DNA of 64,000 nt, taken from Leucoraja ocellata (taxonomy: Eukaryota). How positions within the stretch are numbered: position 1 is the first letter of the stretch; each line of letters begins with the position of its first letter. The notes below the pieces were generated by a model, which searched no databases, was not told where the DNA came from, and worked only from the letters and a program-made list of their open reading frames with translations. The DNA lies in assembly GCA_036785375.1 (NCBI GenBank), contig JAWMAR010000040.1:7626001-7690000 (forward strand). Direction: 5' to 3'. The position numbers and the translations under genes are program-made. This document shows, piece by piece, positions 51,390 to 61,861 of this stretch.

Positions 51390-52160
51390 GGGAACAGCAG
51401 GGAAGAAAATGTCCTTGAATCTGGAGGTATGCAACGTCTGTACCTCTCGCCTATTTGGAGAGGGGGGGAAGAAGGAGAGACTAGGATGAAATTGGTCTTT
51501 GATTATGCTGATGGCCTTGTCAAGGCAGCATAAAGTGTAGATTCTGTCAATGGAAGGGGGGTTAGTTTGTGGGATGGAATGGGCTGCATCCACAACTCTC
51601 TGCAGTTTCTTGCAGTCTTGGATGGAGTTGTTCCCAAACCATGATGTGATGCTTCCTGATAATGCTTCCTGTGGAAGTTGGGGACATGCTGAACTTCCTA
51701 AGTCTTCTACAGAAGTAGAGGCCTTGTGCTTTCTTGGCTATTCCTTCATCATGGCTGGTTCAGAGCAATTTACTGGTGATATTTATTTCTCAGAACTTGA
51801 AGCTATTAACTATCTCTACTGCGGTGCCACCATGTACACTATGGGATGTGTACTGCTTTGCTTCCTGAAGTCTATCACAATCACCTTTTGATTTGCTGAC
51901 ATAGAGAGAGAGGTGATTGTCTTGGCACCAGGCTATAAGGTTCTCAATCTTCGTCATTATTTGATATCTGGCTCAATACAATAGTGTTGTGTGCAATTTG
52001 TAAATTGAGTTGGATTGGTATTTGGCTGTATTTCAGGGGTATAGAAGGAGGATCGGAATGCATCTCTGCGGGCACCATTGTTGAGGATTATCTTCGAGGA
52101 TGATTTACCATCTATCCTCGCTGAGATGGTCAGGAAGCCAAGGATCCTGTTAGCTAGGGG
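51390..52160 (-). mobile_element. Decayed Rex1/Babar RT-3' fragment
   Basis: IDRIYTLCCLDKAISIIKD..HP and IILNNGA remnants on the minus strand. Confidence 0.75.
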
Positions 52161-52224
52161 AAGACGACAATAAGGCACACAAAGTAAAATTTACAGTCGA
52201 ACTAGTCAGAAATCTTGCATAGGG

Positions 52225-53005
52225 CAGTGATGGAGAGAAATCAAGGGTTACTTGAAGTTCGAGAAATCAATATTCATACCACTGGGTTGTCAGCTGCCAA
52301 AGCAAAATGAAGTGCTGTTCCTCCAGTTTGCATTGGTCCGCACCCTGACAGTGGAGGAGGCCTAGGAGACAAAGTTCCCTGACTGTTCTTTCAGGTGAGG
52401 CAGAGGTTTAGTTGTACCTCATCTGCTGTTCTACGTGTGAACTCCTATATCTCGACAAAACCAAGTGCAGGCTCAGCAATAGTTTTGCTGAACACATCTG
52501 TTCAGTCTGCTTGGACCTACAAGATCCCCTGGTTGCTAAACACTTTAACTCTCCCTCCCATTCACACACTGACCTCTCTGCCTTGGGTCTCCTCCACTGC
52601 CAGTGAGGCCCAGCACAAATTGGAGGAACAGCACCTTGTATTTCGCTTGGGCAGCTTACAACCCAGTAGTTTGAATATTGACTTATCTAACTTCAGGTAA
52701 CCCTTGCTTTCCCTCTCTTGCCATCCCTCCCTCATTCTAGTTCTCCAACTAGTTTGGCTGTCCTCCTGATGAAATTTTACTTTGTATACCCCATTGTCAC
52801 CTTCCCCTAGCTAACAATGATCTATTCTACATTCTCCTTCATCTTCGTCCCCTTTGATCTCTCTTTTTCACTCCTTACCCATCCATATCTTGTTTCCCTC
52901 ATCCCTGACTCTGTCTAAAAAAGGGTCTTGACCCAAAATGTCACCAATTCCTTCTACCCGGAGATGCTGCCTGTCCCACTGAGGTACTCCAACATTTTGT
53001 TTATC
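52225..53005. mobile_element. Penelope-like element, inverted 5' piece plus GIY-YIG and 3' pLTR
   Basis: Minus piece 52225-52370 mirrors plus piece 52590-52700. YLDKTKCRLSNSFAEHI..VAKHFNS. Degenerate hammerhead at about 52913. Confidence 0.8.
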
Positions 53006-53049
53006 TTCGAGATCTACTCTTTGCCTGGATCAACTGGGGATGATCCATC

Positions 53050-56000
53050 GGTCCAAGATGGCAGCGCGCACGGTCGCAGCGGCTCACGGCTCCCGGACTC
53101 GGTGCTCTTTTTTGTTGTTTGTGTACGTTGTGTGTTCCGTGTACGTCTTTGCAGTCGGTTCTGCGAACACCCGCTACACCCGCTACTCCCGACAGAACCT
53201 CGTGGATATCGCGGATATCGGTGACCAGCACCAGACTGCGGTTTCGGGTGTCTTCCATCGCAAGTATAACATCCCGGGCGACATAGCGAGACCACCGGGG
53301 TCCCCGTGGATTGTTGTCGGGTCTAGGAGGCGGCGCAGACGGAGGAGGGAGAGGAAGCAGAAGCGAGGCCGCAGGTCCGGTGCTTTGCTAAGGCTAAGGA
53401 ATCGACCACACAAGCCACCTCTACCGAGCCTGTATCTCTCCAACGCCAGATCCCTGGTTCACAAAATGGATGACCTGGAAGTACAACTCGCCGGAAATCG
53501 ATATGTCTGTGACTGCTGTGTTATGATCATCACCGAAACCTGGCTTCACCCAGGTATACCTGATGCTAGCATGCAGCTAGCAGGTCGCTTTCTGCTCCGC
53601 GGGGACAGGACTATAGACTCCGGTAAGAGCAGGGGAGGGGGTCTCTGTATATACGTGCATGAGAATTGGTGCAACAACGGGACAATCATAGCCAACCATT
53701 GTTCCCCTGACCTCGAGTACATGTCTGTAAGATGCTGGCCTTTTTTTCTACCGAGAGAACTAACAGTCGTGATTGTCACGGCTGTGTATATTCCACCTGA
53801 CGCCAATGTAAACACGGCGCTCTCTCTCCTGCTGAACACCATTAACGAACAGCAGCAGGATCACCCCGAAGGTGTTCACATAATCGCAGGGGACTTTAAT
53901 AAGGCCAACTTGAAGACTGTACTGCCGAAATTCTACCAACATGTCAAGTGTTCTACTAGAGGGGTGAACACGCTGGATCATGTCTACACCAATATCAAGC
54001 ACGCGTATAGAGCCAACCCCCTCCCCCAACTCGGCCAGTCAGATCATCTCTCCCTCCTGCTCTCTCCAGCCTACACCCCCCTCAGACGCAGTGCCAGGCC
54101 CACCATAAGATCTGTTACAACCTGGCCTGAAAATGCACTCTCCAATCTACAGGACTGCTTTACACAGACAAACTGGGACATATTCGAACACCAGGATCTG
54201 GAAACTCTCACAGAATCGGTGCTGGACTATATCAAGTTCTGCATCGGAAATGTGACTGTAGACAAAAACATACGGGTTTTCCCAAACCAGAAACCCTGGA
54301 TGTCCAGCCAGGTCCGCACACTCCTCAGAGCCCGCGATGCTGCCTTCAGGTCAGGTGACAGAGCTCTGTACGGGGCTGCTCGAGCCGATCTGAAAAGTGG
54401 TATTAAAAAAGCCAAGGCGGACCATAAGAGGAGCATAGAGTCCCACTTGTCCAGCAATAATACACAGGAGGTATGGCGGGGCATACAAGACATTACCAAC
54501 TACAGAGGCTGTGCCACAAAGTCAGAAGACCTGAGTGCGCCGCTGGCAGAAAAGCTAAATTGCTTCTTCTCCCGCTTTGAAACATCACAACAGCAGCACT
54601 CACCTGCTACAGCCCTGTTCCCACCCTCACCTAGCTCCTGTACTACTCCACTCACTGTAACGGAGCACGATGTCAGACGGGTGCTCCTGGCAGTGAACCC
54701 CAAGAAGGCTACCGGCCCAGATGGAGTACCTGGTAAGGTGCTCAAAGCGTGCGCCCACCAGCTCACTGCCATCTTCACCAGAATTTTCAACCTCTCCCTG
54801 GCCCAGGCAGTTATTCCGTCCTGCCTAAAATCAGCCACAATCGTCCCTGTGCCGAAGAAGTCTACCATCACCAGCCTTAATGACTACCGTCCTGTGCCCC
54901 TCACTCCGGTAATCACGAAGTGCTTCGAGAGGTTGGTCCTCCAGCACATCAAGGACTATCTACCACCAGACCTCGACCCCCACCAATTCGCCTATCGCCA
55001 AAACAGATCCACAGAAGACGTCATCACCGTAGCTCTCCACTCTGTGCTGAGCCATCTGGAGCAGGGGCAGAGCTACGTCCGGATGCTCTTTGTGGATTTT
55101 AGTTCAGCCTTTAATACAATCATTCCGGACATTCTCATAGGTAAACTGGTCACTCTCGGCCTCCCCACTGTCACATGTGCCTGGATAAAGGATTTCCTCA
55201 CCAACCGGCCCCAGACTGTGAGACTCGGCCCCCACCTCTCCTCCACTCGCAGGTTGAGTACCGGTTCCCCACAGGGCTGTGTGCTAAGCCCCCTCTTATA
55301 CTGTCTCTACACCTACGACTGTAGTCCGGCACACAACAACAACCGCATCGTCAAATTTACTGACGACACTACTGTAGTCGGACTTATTTCGAAGGGAGAC
55401 GAGGCAGCCTACAGAGAGGAAGTCCTGAAGTTGACAACCTGGTGCTCAGAAAACAATCTGGCTCTGAACACCAGGAAAACAAAAGAGCTCATTGTCGACT
55501 TCAGGAGGCACAGCACCGACTTAGCCCCCCTACACATCAACGGCGAGTGTGTGGAGAGGGTCAACACCTTCCGGTTTCTCGGTGTCCATATCGCTGCTGA
55601 CATCTCCTGGACGGACAACACGACAGCGGTCATCAAGAAGGCTCAGCAGCGGCTGCACTTCCTGAGGGTCCTCAGGAAGCACAACCTGGACTCTAACCTG
55701 CTGCTGACCTTCTACCGCTCGTCCATCGAGAGCCTGCTGACATACTGCATTACAGCATGGTATGGCAGCTGCACCATGGCAGACAGGGAGAGGCTTCAGA
55801 GGGTAACCAGGACAGCGCAGAGGATCATTGGCTGCCCTCTCCCCTCCCTGATGGACATCTACACCTCCCGCTGCCTTAGCAGGGCAAAGAAGATCATCAA
55901 AGACAGCTCCCATCCTGCGTTTGGACTGTTCGACCTGCTGCCCTCTGGAAGGCGCTATAGGTGCATCAAATCCAGGACAAACAGACTCAGGAATAGTTGC

Positions 56001-56272
56001 TTTCCGAGAATTATATCTACTATAAATTCAAATTCACACATGCACTGACTACACCGCCCAACACGGACTTCCATCTGTATATATGTATATATGAATGTAG
56101 CGCCGCAGAATTTGTGTACCTATTCCCCCCCCCCCCCCCCATCTCCCTTCTGTTTTTTGTTTTTCTGTCTCTTGTTTTTTGTGCTAACTTGTATGTATGC
56201 ACTGAGTACGAGCAGCTTTCAGTTTCACTGTACATGTATAGTGACAATAAATGGCATATCTATATCTATATC
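53050..56272 (+). mobile_element. Apparently full-length Rex1/Babar non-LTR retrotransposon
   Basis: Starts ggtccaagatggc (YY1-like), has a single uninterrupted ORF, and the 3' UTR ends gacaataaa...(ctatat)n. Confidence 0.92.
53058..56048 (+). CDS. Rex1/Babar polyprotein: APE endonuclease, reverse transcriptase and C-terminal domain (996 aa from the second ATG)
   Basis: ITETWL, GGGLCIYV, AVYIPP, AGDFN, LDHVY, SDH (APE); DYRPV, LFVDFSSAFNTI, GSPQGCVLSP, KFTDDTT (RT); AQQRLHFLR...LPSGRRYR C-terminus. Confidence 0.93.
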   Translation: MAARTVAAAHGSRTRCSFLLFVYVVCSVYVFAVGSANTRYTRYSRQNLVDIADIGDQHQTAVSGVFHRKYNIPGDIARPPGSPWIVVGSRRRRRRRRERKQKRGRRSGALLRLRNRPHKPPLPSLYLSNARSLVHKMDDLEVQLAGNRYVCDCCVMIITETWLHPGIPDASMQLAGRFLLRGDRTIDSGKSRGGGLCIYVHENWCNNGTIIANHCSPDLEYMSVRCWPFFLPRELTVVIVTAVYIPPDANVNTALSLLLNTINEQQQDHPEGVHIIAGDFNKANLKTVLPKFYQHVKCSTRGVNTLDHVYTNIKHAYRANPLPQLGQSDHLSLLLSPAYTPLRRSARPTIRSVTTWPENALSNLQDCFTQTNWDIFEHQDLETLTESVLDYIKFCIGNVTVDKNIRVFPNQKPWMSSQVRTLLRARDAAFRSGDRALYGAARADLKSGIKKAKADHKRSIESHLSSNNTQEVWRGIQDITNYRGCATKSEDLSAPLAEKLNCFFSRFETSQQQHSPATALFPPSPSSCTTPLTVTEHDVRRVLLAVNPKKATGPDGVPGKVLKACAHQLTAIFTRIFNLSLAQAVIPSCLKSATIVPVPKKSTITSLNDYRPVPLTPVITKCFERLVLQHIKDYLPPDLDPHQFAYRQNRSTEDVITVALHSVLSHLEQGQSYVRMLFVDFSSAFNTIIPDILIGKLVTLGLPTVTCAWIKDFLTNRPQTVRLGPHLSSTRRLSTGSPQGCVLSPLLYCLYTYDCSPAHNNNRIVKFTDDTTVVGLISKGDEAAYREEVLKLTTWCSENNLALNTRKTKELIVDFRRHSTDLAPLHINGECVERVNTFRFLGVHIAADISWTDNTTAVIKKAQQRLHFLRVLRKHNLDSNLLLTFYRSSIESLLTYCITAWYGSCTMADRERLQRVTRTAQRIIGCPLPSLMDIYTSRCLSRAKKIIKDSSHPAFGLFDLLPSGRRYRCIKSRTNRLRNSCFPRIISTINSNSHMH

Positions 56273-56441
56273 ACTGGCTCTCCAATAAAAATGCATGTCG
56301 GGTTGTTGATCAATGGCATTCAACCCCATCTCTCCAAATTTCTTTCAAGCTCAGGCAACTATGTCTCTGCTCTTCCCTATGCAACTGGATCCTTGACTTC
56401 CTCATCAACAGACTGCAATCAATACCAATTGGTAAGAACAC

Positions 56442-58861
56442 GGGATAGTTATCTAAATCAACATGTAGAGGAACCAACGAGAGAGCAGGCTATTTTAGAC
56501 TGGGTATTGAGTAATGAGGAAGGGTTAGTTAGCAATCTTGTTGTACGTGCCCCCTTGGGCAAGAGTGACCATAATATGGTTGAGTTCTTCATTAGGATGG
56601 AGAGTGACATTGTTAATTCAGAAACAATGGTTCTGAACTTAAAGAAAGGTAACTTTGAGGGTATGAGACGTGAATTGGCCAAGATTGACTGGCAATTAAT
56701 TCTAAAAGGGTTGACGGTGGATATGCAATGGAAGACATTTAAAGACTGCATGGATGAACTACAAAAATTGTTCATCCCAGTTTGGCAAAAGAATAAATCA
56801 GGGAAGGTAGTACATCCATGGATAACAAGGGAAATCAGGGATAGTATCAAAGCGAAGGATGATGCGTACAAATTAGCCAGAAAAAGCAGCATACCGGAGG
56901 ACTGGGAGAAATTCAAAGACCAGCAGAGGAGGACAAAGGGCTTAATTAGGAAAGGGAAAATAGATTATGAAAGAAAACTGGCAGGGAACATAAAAACTGA
57001 CTGCAAAAGTTTTTATAGATATGTGAAAAGAAAGAGATTAGTTAAAACAAATGTAGGCCCCTTGCAGTCAGAAACAGGTGAGTTGATCATGGGGAACAAG
57101 GATATGGCGGACCAATTGAATAACTACTTTGGTTCTGTCTTCACTAAGGAAGACATAAATAATTTGCCGGAAATAGCAGGGGACCGCGGGTCAAAGGAGT
57201 TGGAGGAATTGAGTGAAATCCAGGTTAGCCGGGAAGTGGTGTTGGGTAAATTGAATGGATTAAAGGCCGATAAATCCCCAGGGCCAGATAGGCTGCATCC
57301 CAGAGTACTTAAGGAAGTAGCTCCAGAAATAGTGGATGCATTAGTAATAATCTTTCAAAACTCTTTAGATTCTGGAGTAGTTCCTGAAGATTGGCGGGTA
57401 GCAAACGTAACCCCACTTTTTAAGAAGGGAGGGAGAGAGAAAATGGGGAATTACAGACCAGTTAGTCTAACATCGGTAGTGGGGAAACTGCTAGAGTCAG
57501 TTATTAAAGATGGGATAGCAGCACATTTGGAAAGTGGTGAAATCATTGGACAAAGTCAGCATGGATTTACGAAAGGTAAATCATGTCTGACGAATCTTAT
57601 AGAATTTTTCGAGGATGTAACTAGTAGCGTGGATAGGGGAGAACCAGTGGATGTGGTGTATCTGGACTTCCAGAAGGCTTTCGACAAGGTCCCACATAAG
57701 AGATTAGTATACAAACTTAATGCACAAGGCATTGGGGGTTCAGTATTGATGTGGATAGAGAACTGGCTGGCAAACAGGAAGCAAAGAGTAGGAGTAAACG
57801 GGTCCTTTTCACAATGGCAGGCAGTGACTAGTGGGGTACCGCAAGGCTCAGTGCTGGGACCCCAGCTATTTACAATATATATTAATGATCTGGATGAGGG
57901 AATTGAAGGCAATATCTCCAAGTTTGCGGATGACACTAAGCTGGGGGGCAGTGTTAGCTGTGAGGAGGATGCTAGGAGACTGCAAGGTGACTTGGATAGG
58001 CTGGGTGAGTGGGCAAATGTTTGGCAGATGCAGTATAATGTGGATAAATGTGAGGTTATCCATTTTGGTGGCAAAAACGGGAAAGCAGACTATTATCTAA
58101 ATGGTGGCCGATTGGGAAAGGGGGAGATGCAGCGAGACCTGGGTGTCATGGTACATCAGTCATTGAAGGTAGGCATGCAGGTGCAGCAGGCAGTAAAGAA
58201 AGCGAATGGTATGTTAGCTTTCATTGCAAAAGAATTTGAGTATAGGAGCAGGGAGGTTCTACTGCAGTTGTACAGGGTCTTGGTGAGACCACCCCTGGAG
58301 TATTGCGTACAGTTTTGGTCTCCAAATCTGAGGAAGGACATTATTGCCATAGAGGGAGTGCAGAGACGGTTCACCAGACTGATTCCTGGGATGTCAGGAC
58401 TGTCTTATGAAGAAAGACTGGATAGACTTGGTTTATACTCTCTAGAATTTAGTAGATTGAGAGGGGATCTTATAGAAACTTACAAAATTCTTAAGGGGTT
58501 GGACAGGCTAGATGCAGGAAGATTGTTCCCGATGTTAGGGAAGTCCAGGACAAGGGGTCACAGCTTAAGGATAAGGGGGAAATCCTTTAAAACCGAGATG
58601 AGAAGAACTTTTTTCACACAGAGAGTGGTGAATCTCTGGAACTCTCTGCCACAGAGGGTAGTTGAGGCCAGTTCATTGGCTATATTTAAGAGGGAGTTAG
58701 ATGTGGCCCTTGTGGCTAAGGGGATCAGGGGGTATGGAGAGAAGGCAGGTACGGGATACTGAGTTGGATGATCAGCCATGATCATATTGAATGGCGGTGC
58801 AGGCTCGAAGGGCTGAATGGCCTACTCCTGCACCTAATTTCTATGTTTCTATGTTTCTATG
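56442..58861 (+). mobile_element. Young 5'-truncated CR1 (HER1-like) LINE
   Basis: Open ORF2 from the endonuclease C-terminus to the stop, 3' UTR shared with SINE and CR1 tails in the window, (ttctatgt)n end. Confidence 0.95.
56444..58762 (+). CDS. CR1 ORF2, 5'-truncated (partial APE plus complete RT)
   Basis: LNQHVEEPTR..ILDWVL, LGKSDHN, GNYRPVSLTSVVGK, VYLDFQKAFDKV, SGVPQGSVLGP, KFADDTKL; no stops. Confidence 0.9.
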   Translation, partial: DSYLNQHVEEPTREQAILDWVLSNEEGLVSNLVVRAPLGKSDHNMVEFFIRMESDIVNSETMVLNLKKGNFEGMRRELAKIDWQLILKGLTVDMQWKTFKDCMDELQKLFIPVWQKNKSGKVVHPWITREIRDSIKAKDDAYKLARKSSIPEDWEKFKDQQRRTKGLIRKGKIDYERKLAGNIKTDCKSFYRYVKRKRLVKTNVGPLQSETGELIMGNKDMADQLNNYFGSVFTKEDINNLPEIAGDRGSKELEELSEIQVSREVVLGKLNGLKADKSPGPDRLHPRVLKEVAPEIVDALVIIFQNSLDSGVVPEDWRVANVTPLFKKGGREKMGNYRPVSLTSVVGKLLESVIKDGIAAHLESGEIIGQSQHGFTKGKSCLTNLIEFFEDVTSSVDRGEPVDVVYLDFQKAFDKVPHKRLVYKLNAQGIGGSVLMWIENWLANRKQRVGVNGSFSQWQAVTSGVPQGSVLGPQLFTIYINDLDEGIEGNISKFADDTKLGGSVSCEEDARRLQGDLDRLGEWANVWQMQYNVDKCEVIHFGGKNGKADYYLNGGRLGKGEMQRDLGVMVHQSLKVGMQVQQAVKKANGMLAFIAKEFEYRSREVLLQLYRVLVRPPLEYCVQFWSPNLRKDIIAIEGVQRRFTRLIPGMSGLSYEERLDRLGLYSLEFSRLRGDLIETYKILKGLDRLDAGRLFPMLGKSRTRGHSLRIRGKSFKTEMRRTFFTQRVVNLWNSLPQRVVEASSLAIFKRELDVALVAKGIRGYGEKAGTGY

Positions 58862-59656
58862 TAACACTCCTCCCTATAACCATCAGCACAGAAGTACCAC
58901 GGGGTGCAGCACATTGATTCAATCATAAAGCCCATTAATGCCTCTACTTCCATAGAAGATTGAGCAGGTTTGTAATTTCTACTGTAGAGAGCATATTGAC
59001 TGGATGCATCACGGTCTGCTGCGGCAACTCTTAACACCCAGGAATGATGGAGATTACAAAAAGTGGTGGACACCATCCAGTCCACCCTAGGTACTGATCT
59101 CCTCATCGAAAGGACCTATAGGAGGTGCTACCTCAAAGGCAGGCAACATCAAAGAGCCACACCGTACTAGCCATGCTCTCATTTCACACCTACTTTGAGT
59201 AAGAAGGAATAAGAGTCTGTAAATTCTGACCACAAATAGCTTTTTCCCAACAAACGTCAGGCTCTTGAACACTAAAACACAAACTGAATCATGAACCATA
59301 GTTGCTATAGACTGTCTTTGCTGTTTGGGTTTTTTTTTTACATTAGTAATGTTTAAGTTTTCTTTATTAGTGTTATCTAAGCCTGTTATGTCACTGTAAA
59401 TAAGACTTTATTGTTCCATTTTCAGCAAATATGGGCCCATTCTTTGGAAAGTGAACCAAAATGTCACCCACGTTACCAAATGGCATCACATAATGTAATA
59501 CATTAAAAAATGATTAAGAGATTAATCTTATTCATTGCTATTTTCCTACCTACAGAACTATAATGAATGTCTGCTAAAGGTATGGACATTCTAGCTTTTT
59601 AAAATTCACAAGAGTTTGTAAGATAAAACTGAGTTATGAAAAAATGCTTCCATGTC

Positions 59657-59693
59657 AGGTCACACACATGACCTCATATTTGACCTCTGACCT
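59657..59693. promoter_or_regulatory. Composite nuclear-receptor response element (IR6 + DR6 + DR1)
   Basis: AGGTCA cacaca TGACCT catatt TGACCT c TGACCT: four perfect half-sites in 37 bp of unique sequence. Confidence 0.55.
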
Positions 59694-59949
59694 GAAACGA
59701 ACATTGTCAGCATAACATAAATATTTCACTTGATAAACTTTAACAACATATGAATCATACGCAGTACAAAACAATATACCTGTAAAGCTTTCAGAATTAG
59801 AGGTGTATTCCACAATTTTTCCATACTTTTGGTCACACACGTGACAAAGAATGGGCCATATGATAATTAAACATTCTTGACTCTTGCGTTCTACATTTAA
59901 TACCTTCATCCACTGGCCTTAAAGTGATTTGGCACGTTTTTGACTGCAA

Positions 59950-60180
59950 CATCAGATAGGGTTCAATCTCCGATCTAGAGTTAAATTACTAAACTAACAC
60001 TGACCAGAGTTCAGCCATGGAATTTGAATTGGGGAATTTTAAAGCAAATAATGTTGATGACCACAAAACCACCAGCCTGTCATTAAGAAAAAAACATCTC
60101 TGGGAGAGGAAAAATTGCCATTCTTATCTAGTCTGACCTACATATGACTCGGGGCTCGCTGGTGTGGTTCACTCTTAAAA
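59950..60180 (+). mobile_element. Old chondrichthyan SINE remnant
   Basis: gggttcaatctcc box B-like start and ...tctagtctgacctacatatgactc...tgtggttcactcttaa end resemble common shark SINE bodies. Confidence 0.45.
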
Positions 60181-60734
60181 GGCACGGCATGTGGTTGATT
60201 CATCCTCTCTCCAGAATGACTCGCCCCTGCTTATAACGGGAAATTGCGCCAATTTATCCAGATTGCTGTGCACCATTACACCTAGTCCATGTCTTGCCTT
60301 TCCTCTGCCATAGTGTCTCCGTGCTTGGTACTTCAGCGTTGCTGAGGTCGTCTGCGGCCTGAAAAATTAAAAGGCCACCCTACTGAGAGTGAAGATTGGA
60401 GGAAAGATTATTGATGACTGAGTTTCTGATCTAAGGCACATCCTGAGAATGGAATTTTAACTTTTGCCAATATCCTTGATTTCATTCAGGTCTTAAACTG
60501 GCCTCGTGCCAGCTGAAAATTCTGGTATAGATGGAAGTTCTGCAGAGATATTAAAACAAGCAGAGAAGTATTGCAGGAACACATCTACTGAGAGGAGTGG
60601 AGTTTAACAGGGGATCATTGTATGTTCTAGCAGCAGTTGCTGCAAGGGTCCTACTTTGCGAAGGGTGGTATGCTGTTTGTGGAATCTTACTGTGCATGAA
60701 ACTAACTGTTGCATGCCCTACTGTGCAATGGTTA

Positions 60735-61600
60735 GTTATTTTATTTCAAAAATAAACTTTTCAGAACAAAATAATATATAAAGCAAAAAATGTTTTTCTA
60801 ATCTCTTCATACATTCTGGGTGTCTATAAATGAATAGTGTCATATTCAATGGTGTTTGCATCTGTCTTTTTGGGAAATACCCTTACCATTCATGTGATCA
60901 CCCTTTCCTTGTTTGAGGAGTGCCCCAGCTCCTCAATGTCCAGAAGCAGATGGACACTAGATAGCGATCATTCCCACACAGCATTTGCACTTTTAATTTC
61001 AAGTTTCCGTGTGCCTTGTGTGTTGTGACTGTTGGCTCCAGGGATGAATTGAGTTTTATCGTATCGTACCAAGCTTCAGTGAGCCTCTCGGCATGTACTG
61101 CAGTCTGCAATGGGCTTATTATTCTGGGAGTAGAACAACATTCGAGTCGACCAAAGAGTGTTTGTTCATTTAGTTGATGTCCTGTAGTTTCAAAGGGAGT
61201 TAGGAGGGTAACATTTCAGTGATGCATGGTTGATGCCTGGCTCTTGGTTTACAAAGATACTAAATTCAGTAAAGCTGTCTGTCAGGATGAGTCAATTTGG
61301 GGGAATTGCTGATGTGTGCGCTAACAATAGTAATGAATGCTGAACAGTTTACCTTTGGGGGAAACTGTCAACTGTGCAAGGTCTCTCCATTGTGTTCATG
61401 TCCCAGTTCAGCATTTCTTGGTGATGTGCCCTCTCAATTTTGATATTGCCCTTATGAATTATTTTTGCCCTTTATATTGTGAAAATAACACAGAGGAATT
61501 AAACTGAAAGTCTGAGACATTCAACATATTGACTGCTGCCAAAGTCTACTTCAGAAAAATAGTGGCTTTGGCCCATCTACATGATGAAAAATGTCACACA
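60735..61600 (-). mobile_element. Decayed Tx1/L1-group LINE 3' fragment
   Basis: Minus strand HCRLQYMPRGSLKLG resembles the Tx1 C-terminus (RLQxYVLRDALKLG), with an A-rich end gtttatttttgaaataaaataa. Confidence 0.5.
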
Positions 61601-61861
61601 AGGTCATATCACTCTACAGGATCTTGCCAATTTGGATTGGGATAGTTTGTGGTCGGCACCTTTGTCAGAGGCCAGTGAAGGTGATGAGTGTAGACAACTC
61701 GCTACTGGTATTAAGAGTTGCCCGTAAAACTTCCTTTTGTAATTTGAGCAAATGATTCTGCTTGTTTTATTTGTGCCTCATCCAAACCAACTTTTCTTTT
61801 TCTTGTCCGGTTTCCAGTCCCTCCCGCTATATACTATTGTCACTTTATCATTCTATTCTAT

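Larger units (their letters stand above)
56273..59420 (+). mobile_element. Old Rex1 fossil split by the CR1 insertion (pieces 56273-56441 and 58862-59420; upstream piece about 53020-53049)
   Basis: actggctctcca...[18 protein letters not shown] continues after the CR1 as SS.TISTEVP.G; aacac occurs at both CR1 junctions. Confidence 0.7.

Noticed and set aside
55997-56443. N-terminal 149 aa of the 921-aa ORF as a novel domain fused to RT
   Set aside because: It is Rex1 3' UTR (poly-C, T-rich) plus out-of-frame old Rex1 sequence that happens to lack stops. CR1 homology starts only at about 56444.
53183-58785. Multiple antisense ORFs over the two LINEs
   Set aside because: Expected shadow ORFs of long coding sequences
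60255-60358. Minus-strand terminal exon candidate (ttttaatttttcag|gccgcagac...)
   Set aside because: Only an acceptor and a 34-codon frame, with no recognisable homology or partner exons
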